Shown piece after piece: positions 19,097 through 27,710 of a stretch of 64,000 bases of DNA. This DNA is from a virus (lineage: Duplodnaviria > Caudoviricetes): IMG/VR virus record IMGVR_UViG_3300032116_000002. One strand, written 5' to 3'. Both the position numbers and the translations under genes were made by a program. Below the pieces are notes generated by a model that saw only the letters and a list, made by a program, of their open reading frames with translations, made no database searches and had not been told where the DNA came from. Position 1 is the stretch's first letter, and each line of letters begins with the position of its first letter.

Positions 19097-19983
19097 ATGT
19101 ACAAAAAAATCACACATTATATTATAGAAGAACATTTTGACGGTGCTAACGCAATTGTAGACAAAATGTTTGCCGAAACAGGTAACAATGTCGCTAATAC
19201 GACAGTCACAACGACAACTACCACAACGGAAACACCGGAGGAAGGCCTAAAAAAAAGTTCATAGTAAAGCCTAGTCTTCCGGATGATAGAGATCATATTT
19301 ACGTACCTATTGGTGGAACTATTCCTGATAGGTTTACTATTAAAAATTTTGATAGTCCCGTAGACAACCAATGGGAACTAGGTAGTTGTAGTGCAAATGC
19401 TTTAGTCAATGCATATGAAAATCTAGTTAATCAATTACATCCAACTAAAGCCGAAGAGTTAAGTAGGCTTTTTGTTTATTACAATACAAGGGCACTTCAC
19501 GAAAATGTTACGGTTGACAGTGGTGCCTATCTTAGAGATACAGTCAAAGCTGTTGAATCATACGGCATATGTACAGAAGATTATTGGCCATACACTCCTT
19601 ATAGGTTTGATCAAAAGCCAAGCACGACTGCATATAATGATGCTAGACAAAGAAAACTGAAAAATTATAAAAGAGTATCAACTGTTGATTCTGTTATAGA
19701 TGCATTGGCTCATAAAAAACCTGTAGTATTTGGTACAACAATATACGGTGATTTTTTAAATCTTAATAGTTATAGTTCAACACTTGTAGAACCTACAACT
19801 AATGACATTAGTTTAGGTGGTCACGCTATGTGTTTTGTAGCATATGATAAACCTAATAAATTATTTAAAGCTAAAAATAGTTTTGGAAAACGATGGGGAG
19901 ATGAGGGATATTGTTATATACCTTTTGACTATATAACAAACTACGGATATGATATGTGGGTGTTTGACTTAGATATGATGTAG
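19097..19983 (+). CDS. Papain-like (C1A) cysteine protease, split by a -1 frameshift at A8 (19249-19256)
   Basis: Frame 2 ORF 19097-19264 has SD AGGAG; frame 1 is open 19198-19983 with no ATG/GTG/TTG before 19705 and encodes PSLPDDRD, NQWELGSCSANA (Q, C), GGHAM (H), KNSFG (N). Confidence 0.8.
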
Positions 19984-19984
19984 T

Positions 19985-20061
19985 TGGTCGGAGTACGAGG
20001 ATTCGAACCTCGGACCCCCTGCTCCCAAAGCAGGTGCACTACCAGGCTGTGCTATACTCCG
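19985..20061 (-). tRNA. tRNA-Pro(UGG)
   Basis: Cloverleaf, loop TTTGGGA, encoded CCA. Confidence 0.95.
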
Positions 20062-20065
20062 AAAC

Positions 20066-20139
20066 TGGTTGCGGGACCCGGAATCGAACCAGGAACTGGA
20101 GCTTATGAGACTCCCGAGATGCCGTTTCTCTATCCCGCG
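20066..20139 (-). tRNA. tRNA-Met(CAU), initiator-like
   Basis: C1:A72 mismatch, loop CTCATAA, CCA. Confidence 0.85.
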
Positions 20140-20146
20140 TCTGTTA

Positions 20147-20419
20147 TTAACCTGTTCTATGAATGATGTGAAAACCAAACTGAGTTTGCACAGGCTCACT
20201 TACTTGTCCTATTTCTAATGCGTAAGTAGCATCTTCAAAGGGCTTAACCATTTGACCTTTACCAAACAAACCTAAATCACCACCATTCTGTCCACTAGGA
20301 CATCTTGAAACTTGTTTTGCCATAGTTGCGAAATCAGCAGCTTGGCTTAGTAGTTGACTCTTTATCATGTTTGCTTGTTCTAAATTTTCTACTAAAATAT
20401 GACTTGCACGAACTTGCAT
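20147..20419 (-). CDS. ppiC: Parvulin-type peptidyl-prolyl isomerase
   Basis: ASHILV, SRCPSGQNGGDLG, QMVKPFE, TQFGFHII. Confidence 0.95.
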   Translation of the reverse strand: MQVRASHILVENLEQANMIKSQLLSQAADFATMAKQVSRCPSGQNGGDLGLFGKGQMVKPFEDATYALEIGQVSEPVQTQFGFHIIHRTG

Positions 20420-20440
20420 AATTTATCCTTGTATGTTAGT

Positions 20441-20638
20441 GTAAGGCTACTCGCTCCCACAAGCCCCTTACTGAGTTGTTGCCCTGTCCACTACATTTCT
20501 CTTTTGGTAAGGTGTAGTTCCAACCTACGACTTTTCTGGCACCCATGTAAGCGGGTTCTGAGGCAGATCGTATGCGCCCTGGCTTTCTGGTTTGCCAACC
20601 ACCCCCATTTCATAACGCAGATGGGACTACGGGATACT
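20441..20638 (-). ncRNA. Candidate structured RNA A (~200 nt), 5' of ppiC
   Basis: GC-rich non-coding stretch with several stems; shares a 17-nt core and covarying flanking hairpins with RNA B. Confidence 0.65.
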
Positions 20639-20716
20639 TGGAGCAACGGGTGAGATTCGAACTCACGGCTTTAGGGTTTTGCAGACCCTTGCATTGGGCC
20701 TCTCTGCCACCGTTGC
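20639..20716 (-). tRNA. tRNA-Cys(GCA)
   Basis: Loop CTGCAAA, U73, CCA. Confidence 0.93.
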
Positions 20717-20717
20717 A

Positions 20718-20912
20718 TTATTTCAATAGTTCAATCAACCTTTGCTTTGATTCTTCTGTCAAGAATAATTCACACTTTACCTGATCGTGTGGGAACTTTG
20801 CAACGTCCCAATGTGTATAGATTCTTAACACTTGAAAATTACTTGGGGTATCACAATTCTGTAACTCTGCATATGTTTTAAATCCATCATTCTCATTCAA
20901 CAAAATTTTCAT
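20718..20912 (-). CDS. Hypothetical protein
   Basis: SD AAGGA before ATG 20912; the longer track call runs into tRNA-Trp. Confidence 0.65.
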   Translation of the reverse strand: MKILLNENDGFKTYAELQNCDTPSNFQVLRIYTHWDVAKFPHDQVKCELFLTEESKQRLIELLK

Positions 20913-20930
20913 TGTAATATCCTTATTGTT

Positions 20931-21004
20931 TGGCGTCCCGGCAGGGATTTGAACCCCGACCAACGGTTTTGGAGACCGGTATGCTGCCGTTACACTACCG
21001 AGAC
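20931..21004 (-). tRNA. tRNA-Trp(CCA)
   Basis: Loop CTCCAAA, CCA. Confidence 0.93.
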
Positions 21005-21012
21005 ATTATACT

Positions 21013-21216
21013 TTACTTGTACTTACTAAGATACTCTTTTGGGTTTATTAAACCCTGTTCGATTTCATTTAATGCAGTTACTACAGGTTTATCTTTGGTG
21101 ACTATTTTAGGGGCATGTCCTGAACGTAATTCACGCACCCTAGCACTAGCGATTAAAACTAAATCATATAAGCCACCTGCTTTTTTTGCTGCTACTTCTG
21201 ATGTTCTACCTTTCAT
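21013..21216 (-). CDS. rpoZ: RNA polymerase omega subunit homologue
   Basis: YDLVLIASARVRELR and KPVVTALNEIEQGLI match omega conserved regions (E. coli FDLVLVAARRARQM / TTVIALREIEEGLI). Confidence 0.85.
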   Translation of the reverse strand: MKGRTSEVAAKKAGGLYDLVLIASARVRELRSGHAPKIVTKDKPVVTALNEIEQGLINPKEYLSKYK

Positions 21217-21235
21217 ATTACTTCCTTATGATGTT

Positions 21236-21309
21236 TGGTAGGGGATAACGGGGTCGAACCATTGACCTTCGCCTTGTAAGGGCGCTGCTCTACCACTGAG
21301 CTAATCCCC
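21236..21309 (-). tRNA. tRNA-Val(UAC)
   Basis: Loop CTTACAA, CCA. Confidence 0.95.
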
Positions 21310-21375
21310 TAGTATTTTTTATTAGGTACGAAATTCTCTATCGGTTGATAGATATTTAAGTGAAGTGATTAAAAA

Positions 21376-21573
21376 TTAATCTGAGACTTTTTCAATTCTT
21401 ACGGACAAATCTTCTTGGGTCAAGAATTTGCTTGGTAGAGTATTGTTATCTCTTTCAGCAATGATTCCGTCAGTGACAGACTTAGGATTATATCTTTCCT
21501 GACCTGTTAAGTCCATAGACTTGTAAAAAATTTCGTTAATGTAGACATTGATTTTCATATAACTATTTATCAC
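21376..21573 (-). CDS. Hypothetical protein
   Basis: ORF between tRNAs; start uncertain. Confidence 0.55.
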   Translation of the reverse strand: MINSYMKINVYINEIFYKSMDLTGQERYNPKSVTDGIIAERDNNTLPSKFLTQEDLSVRIEKVSD

Positions 21574-21585
21574 TTTACATTAAAA

Positions 21586-21668
21586 TGGTGCGCATAGAGG
21601 GACTCGAACCCCCACCCGTTGAGACCAGAACCTAAATCTGGCGCGTCTACCAATTTCGCCATATGCGC
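21586..21668 (-). tRNA. tRNA-Leu(UAG)
   Basis: Long variable arm, loop TTTAGGT, CCA. Confidence 0.95.
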
Positions 21669-21676
21669 ATAATACT

Positions 21677-21760
21677 TGGTGCCCAGAGCCGGACTCGAAC
21701 CGGCACGCCTTGCAGCGAGGGATTTTAAGTCCCTTGTGTCTACCATTTCACCACCTGGGC
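21677..21760 (-). tRNA. tRNA-Leu(UAA)
   Basis: Long variable arm, loop CTTAAAA, CCA. Confidence 0.95.
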
Positions 21761-21769
21761 ATTCTAACT

Positions 21770-21844
21770 TGGAGCGGGTGACAGGGATCGAACCTGCGAC
21801 GAACAGCTTGGAAGGCTGACACTCTACCACTGAGTTACACCCGC
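21770..21844 (-). tRNA. tRNA-Gly(UCC)
   Basis: Loop CTTCCAA, U73, CCA. Confidence 0.95.
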
Positions 21845-21853
21845 ATTACATCT

Positions 21854-21930
21854 TGGTGCCTCCGAAGGGACTCGAACCCCTAACCAACGGATTATGAGTC
21901 CGCTGCTCTGACCGATTGAGCTACAGAGGC
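21854..21930 (-). tRNA. tRNA(CAU), Ile2 or elongator Met
   Basis: Loop CTCATAA, CCA; identity not resolvable by eye. Confidence 0.85.
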
Positions 21931-21968
21931 AATTTAATTTGTTTTTAAAGAACGATTTCAATATGTGT

Positions 21969-21997
21969 ATTATACTGCTAAAAACTTTATTTGTCAA
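21969..21997 (-). promoter_or_regulatory. Sigma70-type promoter TTGACA-N17-TATAAT
   Basis: Perfect consensus just 5' of a five-tRNA block. Confidence 0.9.
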
Positions 21998-22000
21998 CAG

Positions 22001-22225
22001 TTAAACAAAATCATCTGACCCAAAATACTCTGCTACTTTTTCTCTTGCTTCTTTTCTATTCAGTGCAGGAATCTTTACTGTAGCAATATTATTTTTTATT
22101 TTGATGTTAAAAGGAACTATACCATTTGGTGTCCAGTTATCTTCAACACGAACCTTAACAGTAAATTCTTTAAGGTTCATTAATCTTTCAATTACTTGTT
22201 GCGTTAAATCTGATGGACTTTGCAT
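22001..22225 (-). CDS. Hypothetical protein
   Basis: ATG 22225 just after tRNA-Thr. Confidence 0.6.
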   Translation of the reverse strand: MQSPSDLTQQVIERLMNLKEFTVKVRVEDNWTPNGIVPFNIKIKNNIATVKIPALNRKEAREKVAEYFGSDDFV

Positions 22226-22237
22226 AGTTAAGTTAAA

Positions 22238-22312
22238 TGGTGCTGGCAGTAGGAATCGAACCCACAACCTACTGATTACAAATCAGTTGCTCTACCGTTG
22301 AGCCATGCCAGC
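22238..22312 (-). tRNA. tRNA-Thr(UGU)
   Basis: Loop TTTGTAA, CCA. Confidence 0.95.
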
Positions 22313-22504
22313 GTATTCTGTATTACTTAGTCCTACTTGCAATCGCACGTTGAATTTTCATACGATGCTTTGGTCTACATGTTTCAAGCATTTTGGTAAG
22401 TTGTTCTACATTAAGTGGACCTAATTTAGTCTTACCTGTTTTTGTTTTCATTGGATCACGTTTAAAATCTTTTTTTGCACTCATATATCCTCACATAAAA
22501 AACT

Positions 22505-22580
22505 TGGCTCCGGTGGTAGGGCACGATCCTACGACATACGGATTAACAGTCCGCCGTTCTACCAACTGAACTACACCGGA
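22505..22580 (-). tRNA. tRNA-Asn(GUU), atypical T-loop
   Basis: Loop CTGTTAA; T-loop ATCGTGC; CCA. Confidence 0.9.
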
Positions 22581-22609
22581 ATTGACTCTATTCTAACAGT
22601 TAAAATTCT

Positions 22610-22703
22610 TGGCGAAGAGTATTGGATTCGAACCAATGATCCGGCTTTTGACCAGATGCCTTCTTAGCAGGAAGGTGCCTTCGACCAACTCGGCCAACTC
22701 TCC
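22610..22703 (-). tRNA. tRNA-Ser(GCU)
   Basis: Long variable arm, loop CTGCTAA, G73, CCA. Confidence 0.95.
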
Positions 22704-22710
22704 TTAAAAC

Positions 22711-22953
22711 TTAATACTTCTCTGTAATCTTTTCTATTCTATCAAAACTTTGTTTCAATGTCAATTCATATCTAACCTGATTAAGGTTAATTGCATAAAT
22801 TATATAGACACCATAAACAAACAATGCACCTAATATAGTCCAGCCAATTTGCTCACTATCAAGTGTTAGTAAAAAAGCAATTAGCAAAGGAGCAACTGTT
22901 GCTAATACAACCATTATTAATGTTCTTTTTAGTGCAATTAATTTTTCATTCAT
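22711..22953 (-). CDS. Small two-TM membrane protein
   Basis: Two hydrophobic segments; follows promoter 22965-22993. Confidence 0.7.
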   Translation of the reverse strand: MNEKLIALKRTLIMVVLATVAPLLIAFLLTLDSEQIGWTILGALFVYGVYIIYAINLNQVRYELTLKQSFDRIEKITEKY

Positions 22954-22964
22954 AACAATTCCTT

Positions 22965-22993
22965 ATTGTATATCAAACAGGATTTATTGTCAA
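22965..22993 (-). promoter_or_regulatory. Sigma70-type promoter TTGACA-N17-TACAAT
   Basis: Spacer starts ATAAATCC. Confidence 0.85.
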
Positions 22994-23289
22994 CTGTTTT
23001 CTTTGTTGTCATCTTTGTAAAACTTTTCCTGTTTATGTTTCTTTTCTTGCAACGTTTCTTCACCGAAAAACTTTCGAGGATTACCGCACATATAACACTT
23101 TGGATCTCCGCAATTAAAAATCTTTGTTTTGTGGCTACGATGTGGTTGCGTCATAAACGGCATTTTGCTCATAGCAGAACTAAGCTTGTGATATCCATAA
23201 TTCTTAGCTAATTGTAACTGTCTTTTTATCTTTGTTGCTTTTTGATGGAGTCTCTCACTGTGTCTAATTTTATCTGATTCATCTGACAT
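22990..23289 (-). CDS. Basic hypothetical protein with CGDPKCYMC motif
   Basis: SD AGGAGGG. Confidence 0.7.
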   Translation of the reverse strand: MSDESDKIRHSERLHQKATKIKRQLQLAKNYGYHKLSSAMSKMPFMTQPHRSHKTKIFNCGDPKCYMCGNPRKFFGEETLQEKKHKQEKFYKDDNKENS

Positions 23290-23306
23290 ACACCCTCCTT
23301 AACATT

Positions 23307-23397
23307 TGGCGGAAGCGGACGGAGTCGAACCCTCAAGGGCCTATTAAGCCTCAACTGTTTTCAAGACAGGTACCATCGCCAATTGGTTTGCGCTTCC
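23307..23397 (-). tRNA. tRNA-Ser(UGA)
   Basis: Acceptor GGAAGCG/CGCTTCC, loop CTTGAAA, long variable arm, CCA. Confidence 0.92.
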
Positions 23398-23836
23398 TTT
23401 TGTTTCTTGATTTATAAGTTGGTAATTGGGAATCACAATTACTACAAACAAATCTTAAATTTTCTATCCTATTATCATTGTTTATGCCGTTTATGTGATC
23501 TAGTATTAATGTCATTGGCTTACCTTGCCACATTGGTTCTATACCACAAATACCACAAACATAATCAATTAATTTTTTTGCTTTTATCCTTGCTTTAACA
23601 CTATGTCTAGAATAACTAGAATTTTCACAAAACACAACATCATCTGGGTATTTTTGATCGTAATGTTCGGGTCTGCCTGTTTTTAATCCTAAGTTCCATG
23701 GTTTAGCACCTTTTTTTCTACCTGCATTTGGTGAATGAAAATGCTTTATTTTGTTAGGATTATTAACACACGACATTTCATGTGCTTTTAGTGAACCTTT
23801 GTTTTTAATTTCTCTTTGACAATATGTGCAATTCAT
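23351..23836 (-). CDS. HNH endonuclease with N-terminal zinc finger
   Basis: CGIC..LILDHINGINNDNRIENLRFVCSNCD; last 47 nt lie inside tRNA-Ser(UGA). Confidence 0.9.
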   Translation of the reverse strand: MNCTYCQREIKNKGSLKAHEMSCVNNPNKIKHFHSPNAGRKKGAKPWNLGLKTGRPEHYDQKYPDDVVFCENSSYSRHSVKARIKAKKLIDYVCGICGIEPMWQGKPMTLILDHINGINNDNRIENLRFVCSNCDSQLPTYKSRNKRKRKPIGDGTCLENS

Positions 23837-23894
23837 AATAGTATCCTCTACTATTATTTATGCTTTAACGCAAAAAATCGTCAAATAGCTGCGT

Positions 23895-24134
23895 TTAGCC
23901 ATTCTTCCTTTTTATTATCATTGCTACATATGTTCCTGTAAATGCACCTAATAATGCAGGTATCAACATCAAATTATCGTTAACAAAGCTTATTAGAGCT
24001 ATACTATATATTAACATAACGATTGATGCAAGTGTACTGGCAACCAAAGGCTTATCTTCGGCAATAGCTTTTATATAATAGGTATTCACTATATCGGTAA
24101 AAAATACAGCAAAAAATGTGATGATATATGACAT
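23895..24134 (-). CDS. Small three-TM membrane protein
   Basis: Hydrophobic throughout. Confidence 0.65.
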   Translation of the reverse strand: MSYIITFFAVFFTDIVNTYYIKAIAEDKPLVASTLASIVMLIYSIALISFVNDNLMLIPALLGAFTGTYVAMIIKRKNG

Positions 24135-24138
24135 TGGG

Positions 24139-24210
24139 TTAGTCCTGCAGGAATCGAACCTGCATCATTGCAATCGGAATGCAGTATCTTATCCATTAGA
24201 CGAAGGACTA
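24139..24210 (-). tRNA. tRNA-Arg(CCG), divergent
   Basis: Loop TTCCGAT, canonical T-arm, one anticodon-stem mismatch, no exact encoded CCA. Confidence 0.7.
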
Positions 24211-24214
24211 AAAT

Positions 24215-24288
24215 TGGAGCGGGTAGCGAGAATCGAACTCGCAAATAATCCTTGGCAAGGATTCAGGTTACCTTTACATCATACCCGC
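24215..24288 (-). tRNA. tRNA-Gly(GCC)
   Basis: Loop TTGCCAA, U73, CCA. Confidence 0.93.
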
Positions 24289-24296
24289 TTGAAACC

Positions 24297-26207
24297 TTAA
24301 TTAGTTTCTTTTACTTCTGCGTCTACTACATTAGGATCACCTTCTGCTTTTTGTGCGTTTGGATCACCTTCTGGCATTTCTTTATTGCGCTTTTCTGCTT
24401 CATATGTAATAGTTTTGCGATATAGTTCACCGAGTTCTTCAGTGGCTTTGTCCATATCTTCTTTACTATCACCTTTAGCAACTTCTTTGTATTTACTAAT
24501 ACTATCAAGCATTGAAGTTTTTTCTTCTTCAGGAATATAGCCTTCAAGATTTTCAATTTGCTTTTCAAGCATACCAATTTGATTATCCAAACTGTTACGT
24601 GCTTGTACAAGTTCTACAACCTTTTTATCTTCCTCAGCATTTAACTCAGCGTCTTTGACCATTTGTTCAATTTCTTGTTCAGATAATCCAGAACTTGCTT
24701 TGATAGTAATTTGCTTTTCTTTGTTAGTTTTCTTGTCAAGAGCCTTAACTGATAGTATACCATTTGCGTCAATGTCAAATGTTACTTCAATCTGTGGCAT
24801 GCCTCTTGGTGCAGGATCAATGCCCTCTAGTGTAAACTCACCTAGTCCTTTGTTACCTACAACAATTTCACGTTCACCTTGGAAAACTTTAATTGTAACA
24901 GCAGGCTGATTATCGTCTGCTGTACTAAAAGTTTGGCTTGCCTTTGTAGGAATCGTTGTATTCTTTTTGATAAGTTTAGTCATAACACCACCTAGTGTTT
25001 CAATACCTAAACTTAAAGGTGTAACATCCAACAACAGAACATCAGTGCGATCACCACCTAAGACTTGACCTTGAAGTGCAGCACCAACTGCAACTGCTTC
25101 ATCAGGGTTTACATCTTTACGAGGTGCCTTACCAAAAAACTTTTCTACTGCTTCTTGTACTCTTGGCATGCGAGTCATACCACCAACAAGAATCACTTCA
25201 TCAATATCACTGATACTTACACCAGCGTCTTTGATTGCAACTTCACAAGGCTTAATGCTACGTTGAATTAACTCTTCAACCAAACCTTCTAATTTAGCAC
25301 GTGTGATTTTAACGTTAAGATGCTTTGGTCCTGTTGCATCAGCAGTGATATAAGGTAAGCTTACATCAGTCTGTGTTGAACTTGATAGTTCAATCTTAGC
25401 ACGTTCTGCTGCATCTTTAAGTCTTTGTAATGCTAATACATCTTTAGTTAAATCTACACCACTTTCTTTTTTGAACTCATCAACTAGATGATCCATAATT
25501 CTTTGGTCAAAATCTTCACCACCTAAAAATGTATCACCGTTAGTTGATAATACTTCAAATTGTTTTTCACCTTCGACATTAGCAATATCAATAATACTAA
25601 TGTCAAATGTTCCACCACCTAAGTCATAGACAGCAATTTTTCGGTCCTTCTTGTCCTGTTTGTCTACACCGTAAGCTAATGCTGCCGCTGTAGGTTCGTT
25701 AATAATACGCAATACTTCCAGACCCGCAATGCGTCCTGCGTCTTTAGTTGCTTGTCTTTGACTATCATTAAAATATGCTGGAACTGTAATAACAGCCTTT
25801 GTGACTTCTTCACCTAAGAAATCTTCTGCTGTCTTTTTCATTTTACGCAAAACTTCAGCACTGATTTGTGGAGGTGCTAGTTTCTTGTCATTCACTTCTA
25901 CCCAAGCATCACCGTTATCTGCTTCTACAATCTTATATGGCATTAGATCGATATCTTTTTGGACTGCTTGTTCTTTGAATTTGCGCCCAATCAATCTCTT
26001 TGATGCATACACCGTGTTCTTTGGATTAGTAACAGCTTGACGCTTAGCTGGCGCGCCAACAACGATTTCACCGTCCTGCATGTAGGCGATAATGCTTGGG
26101 GTAGTTCTTGCACCCTCGCTGTTCTCTAATACTTTTGGATTTTTGCCATCTATGATAGCAACGCATGAATTGGTAGTACCTAGGTCAATACCTATAATCT
26201 TTGACAT
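24297..26207 (-). CDS. dnaK: Hsp70 chaperone DnaK
   Basis: [35 protein letters not shown], full length 636 aa. Confidence 0.98.
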   Translation of the reverse strand: MSKIIGIDLGTTNSCVAIIDGKNPKVLENSEGARTTPSIIAYMQDGEIVVGAPAKRQAVTNPKNTVYASKRLIGRKFKEQAVQKDIDLMPYKIVEADNGDAWVEVNDKKLAPPQISAEVLRKMKKTAEDFLGEEVTKAVITVPAYFNDSQRQATKDAGRIAGLEVLRIINEPTAAALAYGVDKQDKKDRKIAVYDLGGGTFDISIIDIANVEGEKQFEVLSTNGDTFLGGEDFDQRIMDHLVDEFKKESGVDLTKDVLALQRLKDAAERAKIELSSSTQTDVSLPYITADATGPKHLNVKITRAKLEGLVEELIQRSIKPCEVAIKDAGVSISDIDEVILVGGMTRMPRVQEAVEKFFGKAPRKDVNPDEAVAVGAALQGQVLGGDRTDVLLLDVTPLSLGIETLGGVMTKLIKKNTTIPTKASQTFSTADDNQPAVTIKVFQGEREIVVGNKGLGEFTLEGIDPAPRGMPQIEVTFDIDANGILSVKALDKKTNKEKQITIKASSGLSEQEIEQMVKDAELNAEEDKKVVELVQARNSLDNQIGMLEKQIENLEGYIPEEEKTSMLDSISKYKEVAKGDSKEDMDKATEELGELYRKTITYEAEKRNKEMPEGDPNAQKAEGDPNVVDAEVKETN

Positions 26208-26267
26208 GTTATTTCTCCTTTAATAAGCAAGATTACTTCAGTGCCCGATAGGCGCAACTGAGATATG

Positions 26268-26275
26268 TATTTATA
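26268..26275 (-). promoter_or_regulatory. T4-type late promoter TATAAATA upstream of dnaK
   Basis: Exact match to the T4 late consensus. Confidence 0.65.
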
Positions 26276-26305
26276 CATTATTTTTACTAAAAATACAAAT
26301 ATATT

Positions 26306-26380
26306 TGGTAGCAGGAGAGGGATTCGAACCCCCGATAGCTTCCGTATGAAGGAAGTGCATTACCTCTTTGCTATCCTGCC
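26306..26380 (-). tRNA. tRNA(CAU), third copy (Met or Ile2)
   Basis: Loop TTCATAC, G1:U72, CCA. Confidence 0.8.
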
Positions 26381-26430
26381 ATATACTTTCGTACATTTAT
26401 TTGTTACAAGTAACAAATATATAACTTTAT

Positions 26431-26628
26431 ATGGAAATAGAATTTATTTCATTATACAAACTCGGAGTAGGATGCATCCTAGTGAGGTATGAAGATATTA
26501 TAACAATGGAGTACACTCCACTAGGATATACTCGTATTGAATTTGGGTACGGCGAACATCTTATTGTTGAAGAAGATATAATTTGTATAATGAAAAAAAT
26601 TCAAGCAGCTAAAACGCTAAGTGAATAA
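26431..26628 (+). CDS. Hypothetical protein, antisense to the array
   Basis: Fills the gap between two tRNAs; no motif recognised. Confidence 0.4.
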   Translation: MEIEFISLYKLGVGCILVRYEDIITMEYTPLGYTRIEFGYGEHLIVEEDIICIMKKIQAAKTLSE

Positions 26629-26704
26629 TGGTGCCGCCTGTTGGTTACGCTCCAACCTATCCGGCTCTTCAAACCGGCGCTTTCACTAGATTAGCTTAAG
26701 CGGC
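26629..26704 (-). tRNA. tRNA-Phe(GAA), atypical T-loop
   Basis: Loop TTGAAGA; T-loop AGCGTAA; CCA. Confidence 0.85.
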
Positions 26705-26706
26705 AT

Positions 26707-26783
26707 TGGGGTGAAGGACGGGACTCGAACCCGCAACCACTGGATCCACAATCCAGGGCTCTACCAATTGAGCTACCAACACC
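26707..26783 (-). tRNA. tRNA-His(GUG)
   Basis: G-1, C73, loop TTGTGGA, two U:U pairs in acceptor stem. Confidence 0.9.
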
Positions 26784-26990
26784 ATTGATTATGTTGCACG
26801 CCATTCTACACGACCATACTGGTCTATATGTGCAATACTTTGCATACGTTTGACTTCAACATATTCACGTTTCTCAGTAATAATTTCACCACCACGTTGT
26901 ACTAATTCATTTACTTTAATCTTTGCTACAGAATTAATAGGTTCAAATTTTTTAAACTTGATCTCCATTTTACACCTCCGATTTATAAAT

Positions 26991-27092
26991 ATGTAGTGTA
27001 GCGGTTAATCTAGCACACAAGGATGCCAACGTAAAGAGTTTTCTAGATTTCCTCTATACCTAGTCGAAGGCCAAATTGTCGCTACACTACAT
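26991..27092 (+). ncRNA. Candidate small structured RNA E closed by a 13-bp stem
   Basis: ATGTAGTGTAGCG...CGCTACACTACAT directly after TATAAATA (26984-26991); inner AATCTAG/CTAGATT stem. Confidence 0.5.
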
Positions 27093-27665
27093 CACAGGTC
27101 CATTACCATTTTTAAAACCAACAGTACCGCCTTCTTCTACAATACGTTTGATAACTTCTTCAAACAATATAGGGCGATAATCTGTTTGTTCTACACAAAC
27201 ACAATGATATCTTGGGTCGATTTTATATTCACCGAAAATTTCTGCTTTAACTCTCTGATAATGCAGATGTCCATGAATATTAGTACCGAACCTTGCGAGA
27301 CTATCTGTATGAATAGGAATATGACTTAATATCATTCCATTCATTACATGATAGCCACGAATATCTCTAAAGTATTCAGTGTATTCTTCTAATCTAAAAA
27401 TGTCGTGGTTACCCTTAATAAGAACCTTATCTCCATTAAGCCTTGCTAGAGTTTTAAGTGCTTTACGATTAATCACAACATCACCGAGATGGTAAACTTT
27501 ATCGTTTGGACGAACGGTTTCGTTCCAACGTTTTACCATTTCTTCATCCATCTCATCTGGGTCATCCCAGGGTCTGAGTTTAGTTCCATCATCACGAAGG
27601 AACTTACAAACGCCAGCATGACCAAAATGCGTATCAGAAACCAAAAAGTTTGCTGGCATAGTCAC
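27087..27665 (-). CDS. Calcineurin-like metallophosphoesterase
   Basis: SDTHFGH, LGD, GNHD, HGH motifs. Confidence 0.92.
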   Translation of the reverse strand: MTMPANFLVSDTHFGHAGVCKFLRDDGTKLRPWDDPDEMDEEMVKRWNETVRPNDKVYHLGDVVINRKALKTLARLNGDKVLIKGNHDIFRLEEYTEYFRDIRGYHVMNGMILSHIPIHTDSLARFGTNIHGHLHYQRVKAEIFGEYKIDPRYHCVCVEQTDYRPILFEEVIKRIVEEGGTVGFKNGNGPVM

Positions 27666-27680
27666 TCCTTAAATAAAAAA

Positions 27681-27709
27681 ATTATAACACAAAAACAATT
27701 TACTGTCAA
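27681..27709 (-). promoter_or_regulatory. Sigma70-type promoter TTGACA-N17-TATAAT
   Basis: Perfect consensus. Confidence 0.9.
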
Positions 27710-27710
27710 T

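Noticed and set aside
19705-19983. 92-aa ORF as a complete gene
   Set aside because: Only the C-terminal third of the protease; the catalytic Cys is upstream in the same frame.
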